DNA of 64,000 nt from Octopus vulgaris (lineage: Eukaryota): contig OX597816.1 in assembly GCA_951406725.2 (NCBI GenBank), positions 143,406,001 through 143,470,000 on the forward strand, written 5' to 3'. Shown here piece by piece: positions 22,440-36,110 of this stretch (its first letter is position 1; each line of letters starts with the position of its first letter). Both the position numbers and the translations under genes were made by a program. The notes under the pieces were generated by a model. That model had not been told where the DNA came from and searched no databases. It was given only the letters and a program-made list of their open reading frames with translations.

Positions 22440-23653
22440 GAACTTAGAATGTGATACTCTTGTAGTTATGCAACCAAGGCTTAACCTTGATCACTCCAAT
22501 TTTCTTGTGTTACAGGGTAAACACAGTTGATTTGCTTGCAGTGTGCATCAAGGAAGAACAGATCAGTGATTCATTTTCTTGAGTCTGAAGGTGTATCAAG
22601 GGCTGAAATTCATTGTAGGCTTTCGATACAATACAGGGACAGCACTATTGTATAGAAGTGTGTATGAGTGGATCAAGAAATTTAAAAATGGTCAGACAAG
22701 CAAGAAGCATTAAGAGATAGTAGGACACCCATCAACCTGCAAACTGAAATGAAGATTTAATATGCTTGAGAGATGGTTCTGGTGAACTGATGAGTGACCA
22801 TCAATGAGCTGGCATGCTCTTTACAAATTAGTTATGGTTCTGCATATGAAATCATCCACAACAAGCTTCACTTTTATAAAGTTTGTGTGGGATGGGTGCC
22901 GAGAGAGGTTACTGAAGTGCATATTTACATTTATGTTGAGATATGTCACTGCTTACTCAACTGCTACAATAATGAAGAGGAAGCTTTTTTGGAGAGAATA
23001 GCCACAGGAGATGAGACCTAGGTCCATTACTTTCAACTAGAATCCAAAAGATAGAGTATGGAGTGGAAACACCTGGAATTGTCAGCGAAAAAGAAATTCA
23101 AGACAGAAAAAAGTGATGCTAATGGTTTTTTGGGAATGCAAAATGGTCTATACTAGAACATTATTTGGAAAAGGGGTCTGCAGTCACCATTGTAGGCTAC
23201 AGTGAAATGCTGGCCAACAAACTGAAACCAGCAATTCATACCAAAAGTTGAAGTCCGTTGTCGAAGTGTTACTGTTGCATGACAATACATGCCCACATAT
23301 AGCTGTCAACACCATTGAAACCACTGACTGAAAAATTGAGGTTTGATTTTCTGGAACATCCTGCATACAGTCCAGATCATTCTCTTCTGACTATCACCTC
23401 TGTGGACCACTCAAACATCCTTTACAAATTCATAGATTTGATATGGATAAAGTGCAGGAAGTGGTGCATAAATGGCTGCATGACAAACCATAAACGTTCT
23501 TCTTTAATGGAATTAAAGCTTGTGGACTGCTGGAAGAAGTACATTATAAAAGCAAGGAGACTATGTTGAAAAATGAAGTGATTCTTCAACCCACTGCTTT
23601 TGTTTTAATAAATTACAGAAACATGAATGTGTTTAATTTTTTACTTGCTCTTG
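22440..23653 (+). mobile_element. Mariner (irritans-like), defective, in POC1 intron 1
   Basis: KEEQ.SVI.FL, VYEWIKKFKNG, WVPREVT, IATGDET and HPAYSPD motifs. Right end …TTTTTACTTGCTCTTG-TA; left TIR not found. Confidence 0.8.
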
Positions 23654-23759
23654 TATGTTTCTGATTTCCTGGAAATGACGAGCCTCCAGGAAATTGAGAA
23701 GCCTTGGTTGAGAGAAATTTATATTGTGATGATAATGATGAAGTTCTGTTTCTTTATAG

Positions 23760-23844
23760 AGAGATCCTTGCCTGGAAAAACATTTCAAAGGACACAAAAA
23801 TGGTGTCACATCAGTGGCTTTTAGCCCTACCATGAAGCAGTTAG
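23760..23844 (+). CDS. POC1: POC1 exon 2
   Basis: tttatag|RDPCLEKHFKGHKNGVTSVAFSPTMKQL|gtaagc; matches POC1 EDPxLERxFKGH. Confidence 0.92.
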
Positions 23845-23917
23845 GTAAGCATTTTTTTTTGTTTTTGGTTCATTGAGTTATATTTTGTTTTCATTTTCTG
23901 TTTCATAGCCAGAAAAT

Positions 23918-25660
23918 CATCATCATCATCATTCTAAGTCTTCTTTTTCATGTTAGTATAGGTTGGGCAAGTCCATCATAGTATCCAGTCTTTTGTTAAA
24001 GTTCTTTGTCATCTTTATGAAGTTCAGCTTCCTGATATCAGCTTTCATCAACTCTTCTCATATCTTGCTCAGTTTTCCTTTTTCATATGATCCTTCCACT
24101 TGGGCACATCTTTACCGCTCATCTTTTATATGCATCATATATCCATACCAGCACAGTCTGCTCTCTAACATGCTACATCTGATACCACTTGTACTTTTTT
24201 TCAACTCATTTGTGCTTACTCACACACACTCACATTATGCATCCAATAGGGTGTGCTTGCTTAATTTCTTTCCAGGTTTTGTATGTTTCTGCATTTAATA
24301 CTCTTGTTTTGCTAACATACAACACTACACTTCATACACAAGCATCATATAATCTGCCCTTCACTTGGAAAGAGAATCCCCTTCCTGCCAGCCCAGCAGA
24401 GGTAATATCTCCCTGAATTTTTCCCCACTAGCAAATTAGGTTACTTAAGTAATAGATGCTGTCACCTACTTCTAGGAAGCATTTCAAGTATTTGAAAGAC
24501 TAATTTCATGCGTGCTCTTACTACTAACTACTGTGTATTTCCTCTCTCAGGCTAACTGTGATTCCACTGCATCTCTTTTGATCCTATAGTTTATTAGTTC
24601 AGAGTTCATAGCTTCTCCCTTCCTGTATTTTGAACATTATTGTCTTCCTTTTTTTTCTGCTAACAAGAACTTTTGTCTTTGATTGGCTCAAAACTTCTTG
24701 TTTCTGGTCTTTGTATCCATATTTGGAACAAATATCTCTAATTCTTTGATAGATTCATCTATGAGAACTATGTTATTCATACAGAAGTATCAATGGACAG
24801 CTAGTCTTAACCCTTTTGTTACTGTATTTATTTTGAGATGCTCTGTGTTTCTTTTAATTACTTTAAATATAACAAAGAATTTAGTAAAATAACTTTATTA
24901 TCATTCAACTAGTGTTTGGAACATAAATTGTGACTAAGATTTGGTGGAAGATTTATATCAACACTTATGAAAATAAGACATTTGTACTCAAAGCCAGGGC
25001 CGGTTTCAGCCAGGTTGGTAATGAAAGGGTTAAACTCCTCTATTATAACCTGGAGAATTAAAATAAATGAAGTAGGGTGATGAAAACCTTTTGGCATGTT
25101 AAATTCCTCATTGAATTCCTTGCTAACTCTTGTTCTGTTGACAGCATCTCTGTACATTGTTTGCATGACTCTAATATGCCATTCATCTATTTTTAGCAAC
25201 TATCTGATTACAGAGCATGGCCTTCTCCGTGTTGCTAGGAATTGTGGTTTATTCATTGCTAAAAACATCTGTAATTCTTTTTGTTACTTTCATAATTTGG
25301 TCCATTAACTTGGCGCCATTGAAGTTGCTTCTCCTTTGCCCTTGTAATAGTTGGTAATTTTGCTACCTCACTCACTGGGAATGATTCCTTCCTATACTGT
25401 GTTAGGGACTAGCTCATGATCTACTCAACTTGATAGTTTCAGCATTTCAGTGACTCTCCTCCACAGTCCAGTTGGATATTCCTGGCCTTATTTTTTCCAT
25501 GTGATGTTCACGATGTCTCCAGTATCTTTTGAATGTATGCAGTTTTTTTAACCGTTTGTGTTATATTGTCTGTGCCGTCAATCCATAGTGTAGCTGATAC
25601 TAATGCTTGGTATGCTTTGAGCTTCACTTGGACTATATGTGCTTGCTGTCAATCTATTTC
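23918..25660 (-). mobile_element. Decayed RTE-clade LINE
   Basis: (CAT)n tail at ~23918 plus fragments homologous to the other RTE copies (DEWHIRVMQTMYRDAV; ccttgtaatagttg). Confidence 0.7.
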
Positions 25661-25876
25661 TTTACTACCCACAAGGGGCTAAACACAGAGGGGACAAACA
25701 AGGACAGACAAACGGATTAAGTCGAATACATTGACCCCAGTGCATAACTGGTACTTATTTAATCGACCCCGAAAGGATGAAAGGCAAAGTCGACCTCGGC
25801 GGAATTTGAACTCAGAACGTAGCGGCTGACGAAATACTGCTAAGTATTTCACCCGGCATGTTAACGTTTCTGCCAA
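25657..25876 (-). mobile_element. Young tRNA-derived SINE
   Basis: CpG-rich copy; near reverse complement of 26908-27132. Confidence 0.85.
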
Positions 25877-26219
25877 CTATATGTGCTTGCTGTCAACCTG
25901 CCAGATGACTAGTGGCTTTAATCATCTTGTGTTCAAGTTCATGCCTAAGCCTATCCGTCATTACTGAGTGTACTACCCAGATAGGAAAAGGGACATGCCT
26001 CTACAAACTCCTGTCTTTTGATAGCACTTCACTCATTTTGCCTTTCTCAGATTTGCATACCTCCAGAATTCTCTCCCTATCTGCATTCACTCACTAACTT
26101 TAAGTAATTCAACTGTAACAACTGCTGGTGGTTCTGCAGCTTGACTGCTTTTCTTCAAACTCATTAATAAAAGTATAACATTTAAATGATTTTTATTCTT
26201 TGTAATTTTTGTATTGCAG

Positions 26220-26299
26220 TATCAAGTTCTTTGGATTCCAGTGTCATGATCTGGCATTTCAGTGATAAAATGCGTGCTTACCGATACTTAGGTCATGGA
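26220..26299 (+). CDS. POC1: POC1 exon 3
   Basis: ttgcag|(V)SSSLDSSVMIWHFSDKMRAYRYLGHG|gtaagt; phases 1/0. Confidence 0.93.
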
Positions 26300-26482
26300 G
26301 TAAGTACAGTAGTTATAAATGAAATTTCTATTTATAAAAAGGCCAAGTCATGTGTAACCATTTTTATTTGTTTGTTTCGGACACTTTCTATAAAGATGTA
26401 GTAGAAAACTGTGCTGAGAGATATGGAAGAGAGTGAAAGTAAGTAGCATTTTAAAAGAGGTGGATTATATATATATAGGTTG

Positions 26483-26536
<54 letters not shown>

Positions 26537-26821
26537 GGAAGATTGACAGTTGGCAAGAGAGACAAGATCTCATCGGCAGTCACCTAGCATTTAGGTGAGC
26601 AGTGAAATAACAGGGAGGGATGGAAGAAAGATGAAGACAAGAAGAGAACCTGAATAAGTAAAGTATGAGAGTAGAGGAGGAATTAAGGTAGGGAGAGAGA
26701 TAAAAAATTAAAAGACTAAGGTGATAAAAAATGTAGTGGTATAGATAAAGAGGAGTGGAAATTCTGTATTATATCCAAGTGTCATCATCATTTAATGTCT
26801 GTTCTCAATGCTGGCATGGGT

Positions 26822-27360
26822 TGTGTGGCTTAGTGGTTAGGGTATTTGGCTCATGATCATAAAGTCGTGAGTTCAATTCCTCATGACACTTTATGTCCTT
26901 GAACAAGGAGCTGGCAGAAACGTTAGCACACCCGGCAAAATGCGTAGCCATATTTCGTCTGCCGGTACGTTCTGAGTTCAAATTCCGCCGAGGTTGACTT
27001 TGCCTTTCATCCTTTCGGGGTCGATAAATTAAGTACCAGTTACCCACTGGGGTCGATATAATCGACTTAATCCGTTTTTCTGTCCTTGTTAGTCCTCTCT
27101 GTGTTTAGTCCCTTGTGAGTAGTAAAGAAATAGATACTTTATTTCATGTTGCTCCAGTCCATTCAGCTGGCAAAAATGTGTGGTACATGTATTTGAAAGG
27201 ACCTTCCTTGTCACATTCTGTGTCATGCTGAATTTCCCTGAGAACTATGTTAAGGGTACATGTGTCTGTGGAGTGCTCAGCCACTTACACATTAATTTCA
27301 CGAGCAGGCTGTTCGCTTGATTGGATCAACTGGAATGTTTGTCGTAACTAACAGAGTGAG
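26822..27360 (+). mobile_element. Nested SINEs: a young SINE (26908-27132) inside an older tRNA-derived SINE
   Basis: tRNA-like head GGCTTAGTGGTTAGGG…GAGTTCAATTCC, body broken at CCTTGAACAAG| and resuming at |ACTTTATTTCATGTTGCTCCAGTCCATTCAGCTGG. Confidence 0.75.
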
Positions 27361-27893
27361 AGAACACTGTTTAATATTCAGAATTTGTCTAGATAGAAGA
27401 TTAATTGGAAGTAAATTTTTACTAGAAATATTAAACATTTTTTTACTAATTGCTATTTCTGCTTCAATGAAAATGTAGCATTCATAAGTCTTTAGCCCTT
27501 TTCTATTGACAAAATGTAATGATAAAAGGGCTTCAGAACCTACTGAATAGGAACTTCCATACCAGTTACTCAACTAGCTAGAAACAGCCGCCAAATTTCT
27601 TTCATATCATGCTACTAACTTAAAAAAGGGATGTCTCAATAGATAATGTAGTTCTAGATACTTTATACTTGAATAAAAGATGGCATGGTCACTTGAATAT
27701 TTTTGATCACATCTGTACTTGGTCAGGTCTGATCTGATGTAACTTGATTGTTTGATTGGTCAGAGACTTAACAAATTTTATAAATACTCTTTAACAACAC
27801 TGCAATGTTCATGTATGAGAAACCTGTTTTAAATGTGTTAAACATCATCATTGTCTTTTTATTTTCTAACAAATTATTTTATATTTTTTACAG

Positions 27894-27985
27894 GATGCTG
27901 TTCTTCATGTATGTTTTTCTCCAAATGGAAATCTTATTGCATCAGCTTCACGAGACAAAACAGTTCGTCTCTGGGTTCCTTCTGT
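27894..27985 (+). CDS. POC1: POC1 exon 4
   Basis: ttacag|[30 protein letters not shown](V)|gtaatt; phases 0/2. Confidence 0.93.
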
Positions 27986-28603
27986 GTAATTATTAGAAAT
28001 TATTTTTTTATGTGTAAAGAAAAAAGAAAATAATTTTAAAATATCAGTGGAAGCATTAAGTTTTAACAGTTTTCATTTACACAACTATTACAGAAAAAAT
28101 TTTAAAATTGTTTGGATTAGAAATTATTTTTCTGTTATTATCATCATTTAAGGTTCATTTCCCAAGCTTGCATAGGTGAAATGAAATTTACTGAGGCAGA
28201 TTTTTCTATTGTGGATACCTTTCTTGCCACCAAGCTTCACATGTTTCCAAGCAAGGAAATTTCTCTTACCTAGACATGTTTTTCATGGAAGATTAAAAAT
28301 GAATAACTGCACTTTTATCACAATGATGCTCATTTACAACCATTGACTTGATGTCCAGACAAGGGTACACACACACACACACATGATGGGCTTCTTTTAG
28401 TTCTCACCTATTAAATTAGCTCACAAGGATTTGAATGTACCGGGGCTATAGTAGAAAATACTTGCCCAAAGTGCTGTGCAGTGAGACTGAACACAAAACT
28501 ACATGTTTAGGAAGCAAGATTTTATGCCTACTATTTAATTTTGAAAAGTGTCCTTTTGAAATTATTCTATTTTTTAAATTTTTATTTTGCTCTATTGAAT
28601 CAG

Positions 28604-28712
28604 AGATGGAGCATCGAAAATCCTAAGAAATCATACAGCTACTGTGAGAAGTGTGGACTTCAGTGGAGATGGAACGTTTATATGTACAGCATCTGATGAT
28701 AAAAGTGTAAAG
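28604..28712 (+). CDS. POC1: POC1 exon 5
   Basis: aatcag|[36 protein letters not shown]|gtatac; phases 2/0. Confidence 0.93.
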
Positions 28713-29109
28713 GTATACAATATTTCTACATTATCATTATTAGCATTGTTGAGTTATTTGAAGACTGGATTTTTGAAAATATTATTTACCTGACAATAAC
28801 CTATAATAATTCTCTCTTGTTATGGATTTCCTTTCTTGTGTATTTGTGTAGACAGGCAAGCATATGTATATGTATGCATGAACAAAAGTGAACAGAAAAT
28901 GAACATTTTTTCTGTCTAGGTTAAACTGAAAGATCTGAGTGAGAGGTATCCAAAGTATTCACCAATATTTTTCGACAGTAAATATATTATGAATGTATTG
29001 GTGCTTATTATCATAAGTTTCGGGTTTTGTTTGAGATCAATTACTCCAAAAGATACTTATATCTAGACTAGTAGGAGTTTATCAGGCAACTAACTATATT
29101 TCTTCTGTT

Positions 29110-29735
29110 TCTTCTTCTTCTTGTAATATCTGCTTTCCATGCTGGCATGGGTTGGACGGTTTGACTGGCAAGCCAGGAGGCTGCACCAGGCTCCAGTCTG
29201 ATCTGGCAAGGTTTCTACAGCTAGATGCCCTTCCTAACACCAACCACTCTGAGAGTGTAGTGGGTGCTTTTTACATGTCACTGGCACAGCACTGGCATCA
29301 ACCTTGTTCATATGGTGCAGTCAGGTGGTACTGTCATCAGCCACGACTACAATTGCACTTGACTCAACAGGTCTTCTCAAGCACAGAACATCTCCAAAGG
29401 TCTCCGTTACTTGTCATTGCCTCTGTGAGGCCCAGCATTCAAAGGTTGTGCTTCACCACCTCATCCCAGGTCTTCTTGGGTCTACCTCTTCCACAGGTTC
29501 CCTCCACTGTTAGGGTGTGACACTTCTTACAGCTGTCCTCATTCATACGTAACACATAACCATTCCAGTGCAGTTGACTTTCGTGCACACCACATTTGAT
29601 GCTTCTTGTGTTCAACTTTTCTCTCAGGGCACTTGCACTCTGTTGTGTATGCACACAGACATTACATATTCAGTGAAGCATACTAGCTTGATTTCTTTCA
29701 AGCCTATACATGTCCTCAGCAGTCACGGCTCATGT
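29110..29735 (-). mobile_element. RTE LINE 3' end
   Basis: ORF 29439-29654 ends TVEGTCGRGRPKKTWDEVVKHNL; 3' UTR like 7790-9250. Confidence 0.85.
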
Positions 29736-29887
29736 TTGGGTCAACATTCGGCAGACTCTCTTTTTCCCATTCATTTTCTTTATTGAGCAACCTTTCATAG
29801 TGGCCATTGATAAATAAAGTTATTATCTGTTATTATACATCTGTTTTTTTTATAAACATAAATCTGTCCTGAAATATCTTACGCACC

Positions 29888-29890
<3 letters not shown>

Positions 29891-29961
<71 letters not shown>
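29891..29961. repeat. (TA)n microsatellite
   Basis: About 35 perfect TA units. Confidence 0.95.
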
Positions 29962-29964
<3 letters not shown>

Positions 29965-31333
29965 TCCACTCTGCTGGGTGGTTGGTGTTAGAAAGGGCAT
30001 CCAGCTCCTGTAAAATCATCCAACCTATGTCAGCATGATGTTAAATGGCAATGATGATGATACACACACACATATGATGAGTTTCTTTCAGTTTCTGGGC
30101 TATTGTAGGTGCCATGCAGTGGGGCTGAATATAAGACTACATAGTTGGCTTTAATATAAAAAGTATATCACCCTAATTCTGGTATTTGAGTATTATTTTT
30201 TCCACTTTATTTTGCATTTATGTGCTTACTTGTGTGTGTATGCATATCATCATCATCGTTTAATGTCTATTTTCCTTGCTGGCATGGGTTGAATGGTTCG
30301 ACTGGGGTCTGGGAAGCCAGGAGGCTGCACCAGGCCCCAATCTGATCTGGCAGTGTTTTTACAGCTGGATGCCCTTCCTAACGCCAACCACTTCGAGAGT
30401 ATAGTGGGTGCTTTTTATGTGCCACCGGCACAGGAGCCAAGGGAGCTGGCCTTTGCCATGATCAGATGGTGCTTTTTATGTGCCACCGGCACGGAAGCTG
30501 GTCAAGGTGGCGCTGACATCAGCCATGTTCGGATGGTTCTTTTTACATGCCACTGGTACAGGAGTCACAACTACAATTTCCATTTGATTGTAACAAACAC
30601 ACATTAATGTCTATGTTTTTGTCTTCTCCGTATCTTGACATTTACATCGTGATTGAAGACAGTCACTGTCCATTCAGTGTTATTTGTTTAGTCTTTTGCA
30701 AAAGCATGACTGACCATTGAGCTGTTTGTTGTTTGAGGGACATAGGGGAAATATTACTTTGCTTGGAAAAAGGTGAGGATTGGCAACAGGAAAAGCATCT
30801 AGCCATAGGAGAATCTGTCTCTACAGATTTCATCTGATCCATGGAAGCATAGAAAAGTGGATGTTTAAACAATGGTGATGATAATACACAATTTCAGTTG
30901 TATGGTCAATAGTGTGGTCAATGCTTTTGTTCATAGTTTCAGTGATAGGATATGAGCTTTTGATTGTTTAATACCAATTCAGTTCTCTGTCAACATTTCT
31001 GTGTCAATGAAGTAAAATTGTTTTAACTGAGAACTGAGGTTTATAGCAGGCTCTACCGACCACAAGGCTGCTACTTGTTATTTATTGCTTCCCATCTCAT
31101 TTACAATTAATAATCATATGTAATTTAGGTGAGTTGGCTGAAATAAGTGATTGACCTTTAACTTTGTTCTTCTGTCTTCTGAAATCAAATTTTGCCAAAG
31201 TCAGTTTTACTTTATATTCTTCCATTCTCAGTAAAGTAAGCCCAGAATTATCCCTTCTTTATAATTAATTAGTTTTTGCTTTCTATATATGAAATAAAAA
31301 AAAAAAACATCAGTTGACATTTTATATTTTTAG

Positions 31334-31404
31334 ATTTGGTCCGTAGAGCAACAAAAATTTGTCAAAAATTTTCACGAACATTCCAATTGGGTACGAATCG
31401 CAAG
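31334..31404 (+). CDS. POC1: POC1 exon 6
   Basis: ttttag|IWSVEQQKFVKNFHEHSNWVRIA(R)|gtttgt; phases 0/2. Confidence 0.92.
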
Positions 31405-32847
31405 GTTTGTAAACATTGTCTTATAAATTATATAAACTGACTAAAGAAGGACATTACCTTGGATGACATATTCATGAGATTCAGTTTTGAATTAATAGAA
31501 TTATTCTTTTTACTGCCGTCTGTTTAACTGAAAATGCAGGTTCCTCTCCTATTTTAGAGTTGAGTAGTTAACTCAAGGAAAGCAGCTAACTATAAAATAA
31601 ATTTATCATATTGCCTGTGGATCACAGAAGTAGGCCATACCAGGAAATTGTTAGTCTTTCAGTATATCTACTTTAATTAGATTAGTATAGAATATAACTT
31701 TCTCGTTATTTCACACAAAGCAATCTTGTGCATTTCCATACTTTCCTTAACTGCTTTCTTTAATTAAACTGTTCATTTGTATTACATTTTTGGTTATTTT
31801 TCTGTCTAAATTCAAACTGTATTTTTTCCTTCAAAATCTGTTAAAGATTACTTATTGGCACATTTGTTTTATGTACTGTTTGTCTGAGATATTTTGCTGG
31901 TGAAATAGATTATATCAGTAATCCACATTTAATTTAGCATTATTAAAGGTTGAGTCTTTGGTTTCATTGCAGTACATATGAATGACCTGTATTGGTTTTC
32001 TTCAAGCTTTTCATTAAATACATTTAGGGTTTGTATTGCAAATACAGGATTAGTTTTCAGTCAGGATATGAAGACCATTGGAGAAAGTGCCTGAAGAAAA
32101 TTTAGAAAACAATTCCTCTAATAATATACAAATTTCTAAATATGTCAGATCTATTCTGAAGTAAAACTATAAAAAAAAATAAAAATTTAAATGCTATATT
32201 TTAAGTGGCTGATTATTTTCAAAAGATAACAAATTAAATTTAAATTCATGAATAAAATTTAGCCTTTTATATATCACAATCAGGTAATTGATAAATATTA
32301 GTTAAGATGGTTGATAGTCCACTAAAAGTATCTAGGGGCTAGGAAATTGCATTAAACCAGCTAGTGGATTAAACCTATTATTAAAAAAACTGGAACAATC
32401 TTTCTGATGGACTTACTATTTCCATCTATCACATTTTACTTACAAGGCTTTGCACAGGTATCAAACCTGAAACCATATAGTTAGTCGCAAACTTCTTAAC
32501 TACAGCCATACTTGCATCCATGTAAAAAAAATTGCTACTTTGACAATATTACAGTAGTCTACATTTGTCATTATTATATTGTGTTGCATTGGGGTTTACA
32601 CTATTACAAGCTCACTTGGTGAGTATTACTGTGGCTTTTTTTTGTCAATAATACAGTGGTATATTTTGGTTAATTATATAGTAATTATGCATTATCAGAT
32701 TAGTTATATCATAGAGAAGGATTTTATAATCTAAAACTGTGAACATTGTTATTGTTCATTATGCATATTTATAAGCATATGTAAACCACATCTTATTGTT
32801 ATTCTTTATATTATCCTTTTTTTCATCTTATATTTAATTTATTTTAG

Positions 32848-32952
32848 GTTTTCGCATGACATTAATTTTGTGGCTTCAGGAGGTGATGACAAAACCGTGC
32901 GTTTGTTTGATCTTCGTTCCAAAAAATGTGTACAAACACTCAAAGAAACAGG
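32848..32952 (+). CDS. POC1: POC1 exon 7
   Basis: ttttag|FSHDINFVASGGDDKTVRLFDLRSKKCVQTLKET(G)|gtaagt; phases 2/2. Confidence 0.92.
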
Positions 32953-33999
32953 GTAAGTTTTGCTTATGGATTTCATTTTGTGGTTGTTTTGATTTCATTT
33001 CACTCCACTAATGTTCTTGATGGCCTTGAGAAAGACGTTTGTCACATTGTCTTATTTTTCTACATATATATAAATCTAAAACCTGTCTATAATAGAACAG
33101 CAACCAAGGAACTATTTTGCTTCTTTGCTACTTAAACCAAAACTAATGATTGGCTCTGTCTACCATTGACAAGGCCAAGGAAGGCTGAAATCATGTGATC
33201 TGGTACTGTCAATAGCAGTGATTATCTCCCTCTAATGATATAAACAGAAGTGGTTATATACACCACAAAATCATATGAGAAGTTCTTTCCTGGTAACTAT
33301 CTCAGTATTCTGTGTTGTAACACAACATCCACTTTTAAGTGGTGGTAAAAAATATTACTTTTTTGTATTAATACTGCGTTAGTCACCATTGATTATTTTT
33401 TTACAGTACCTATTTGTTTTGGGAATTTAGAGAAGTAATACTTGATAATGATTGGATTTAATGATTGTTGTGTTCATTTTTTTCTATAAGCAAATGTTCT
33501 CTTTCACACAATACACTCAATGTATAGTTGCTTATTTTATTAGGTGTTGTATCTTTGTATTTATTTTCCTGAATTTATTTCTACACCATCCTGTAGTTTT
33601 GGGTTCCTAAAATGTTTGTATATCAGGCATTTATTTTCTATAAATTTCTTTACGACATGTTTCATTTGTCAAAGGGAATCTAAAAACTTTTCTGGCATTT
33701 TATATCAATGTAGACAGTTATCATCTCCAGAGAAAAACCGTTGTCTGTATACACATATTTGAACATACACAGAGCCTATGGTTATAGTACATGAAATGAA
33801 GAAGAATCAAGTCTCTTGGAGTTCTGTGGTGCAAATAACTTAGCCACTTGCAGTACTAACTTCTGGAAAATGGCCAACCACCTGATCAGCTACTACCCAG
33901 GTGGACATGCAAGCCAAATAGCCCTTATCCTCACTAGGAAACATCATAGACAGATGGTTGTGAATTTTAAGTCTTTCCTAGTGTTTAGTGACATTTAGA

Positions 34000-34860
34000 T
34001 TAAGAGCTATACAGACCCAGAGATGCAGATAATCTGGTGAAGGAAGTTATGAAAGCTGCCAGATGTAGGTTTAAACAAATGTTGGGTGGTTGCTGTATAT
34101 TTTGAGAAGGAAGAGGCAATGAAAACATAAGCGACAACTAAGTGTGTCAATGAAACAAAGCTGCTCTGAGCCACAGACCACATCTGTGGATGGAGCAAGT
34201 TTCTAGATGTGGGGAGCAAGGAAGAGTATCAGTTAGTTAAAAGAGAAGTTAGACGTAGTTCAGAAAGAAGTAAGTGGTTTGCTAATGTTCTGCAAAGAGA
34301 GGAGCAGGGATTTGAGGTGGTGTGAATTGCAAAGCAATGTGTCAGTATGAATTAAGATGTACAGGATGACAGTTATGCACTTGCCTTCACTAATAGTGGG
34401 AAAAAGGAGACACAAATATGAGAGGTTGCTGAATGAGGAGAAGGCATAGGAGAGAGGGACTATGCAATTTGATCCAACAAAGGATCAGTTACTGAATTTC
34501 ACAGTTATAAGACTGAAATGGCCATTAAAGATTTGAAGATAGGGAAAGTAGTCAGACCATTGGAGTTAGTTGCTGAGATGCTGAAAATATCTGAAGTAGA
34601 ACACCTGCTAGTCAGTCAGCTGACAATAAGGGTTGACTTCAAATGACTAGTGTAGCTGTACCCTCATCAACTGTTACAAGGGTAAAGGAGATATGTTCTA
34701 GTAAAAAGCAACTACTGAGGCATGACACTGATGAATCATGTACAAATAATTAGGAAGAAAATTAACTTAAAAAAGATGCAGCTTAAGTTTGTGTCAGGAT
34801 GTGTTACCTTTGATCTCTGTTCTTAGATAACTATAGAAGTTTTTAGCAAAGAGAAAATCA
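34000..34860 (+). mobile_element. Decayed RTE LINE fragment
   Basis: Homologous to ~3200-4000 (ACAGACCA.ATCTGTGGATGG, GAGAGGTTGCTGAATG, AACTGTTACAAGGGTAAAGG). Confidence 0.7.
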
Positions 34861-35166
34861 CTGTAGCAAGCATAGTATATAGTATGAAATATATAGTATC
34901 ACCCTTACTGAAATTTGTATAGCCAATTACAATGGCTAAACAGACATTAGTTTAATTTCATCACTAATAGGTCTGCTGCTACTTTTCACTGAGCAAGTCA
35001 CTGATACTTTCACTGTTCCATTTAGCATCTGTCAAAGAATCTGATAACAAGTGTTTAAACAAATATTGATGATGATGATGATGAAAATGACCATTTCATA
35101 TAGTATTTTTCATCAGTATAATTTGTGTTATAAGTTTGATTAAATTTTATTTCACTGTCTGTGTAG

Positions 35167-35282
35167 TTCAGTTTGTGACCTCCAGTTTACCCCTGAAGAT
35201 GTTTCACTTGCAACTGGTTGTAATGATTGCAGTGTGAAGATTTGGGACTTAAGGATAAGGAGGAGATTACTTCATTTTGAGG
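35167..35282 (+). CDS. POC1: POC1 exon 8
   Basis: gtgtag|SVCDLQFTPEDVSLATGCNDCSVKIWDLRIRRRLLHFE|gtgagt; phases 2/1. Confidence 0.9.
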
Positions 35283-35976
35283 GTGAGTAATTTGAGTGTG
35301 AAGATTTAAACTATTCAAATGCTTTTTATATTAGTGACTTTAATTTCTATTTATCTGGCTGATTAGATAAAATACATTAAACCAGTGAATTTATGAAGTT
35401 CACAAATATTGAATAAGTTCAAATACTATAGAGAGTTTTGAATTTTAGTATTTCAGGAAGAGGATATTTTTAAGGATATTTAGGACAACATTATCTATTG
35501 TATAATTTTCTTACTTAAGATAGTAGGGTGTGATTTGAAGATTTGCTGCTATTTTTAGCAAGTAGAGTGGGTATGTAAAAGCTCACTTGTTGGGTATTAG
35601 ATGAATGTGTGTCTGTTACATGTTTATGCTATCTCATTCACTCTCACATAAAATTATTTTCATATTTGCATGCATTTATCACACAGACATGAACAATTTC
35701 ATATACAGTGCTGTCACTTCAATGCTAAGCAACAACAAATCAGTCACAGTGGAAACTGGTCATTTGTAGTGTTGTTGTTGTTGACAGCATGTGGAGTTAT
35801 GTGCTTTTCTCAGTCAGATTTGAGCCCATAGCTATGTTTCATTTTTTTTTTAATGTCACAACCATTGTACCTCACATCATATTAAGAAATGAACTTGTTT
35901 TAATTTGGAATAAACAAAATATATGTTAAAATCAATTAAAAAAGTTATGTTTTTTTTTCTTTTTACTTTTTATCAG

Positions 35977-36110
35977 ATCATACTAATTCTGTGAATAGTA
36001 TTTCAATTCATAACTCTGGTAAATATATAATATCAGCAGCAGATGATAACACGTTAAAGATCTATGATCTGATTGAAGGACATCAATATTACACTCTTTA
36101 TGGTCATAAG
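35977..36110 (+). CDS. POC1: POC1 exon 9
   Basis: tatcag|(D)HTNSVNSISIHNSGKYIISAADDNTLKIYDLIEGHQYYTLYGHK|gtaggt; phases 1/0. Confidence 0.94.

Noticed and set aside
23627-23824. ORF containing MTSLQ as the POC1 start
   Set aside because: It is out of frame with exon 2, has no GT donor after MTSLQ, and overlaps the mariner end.
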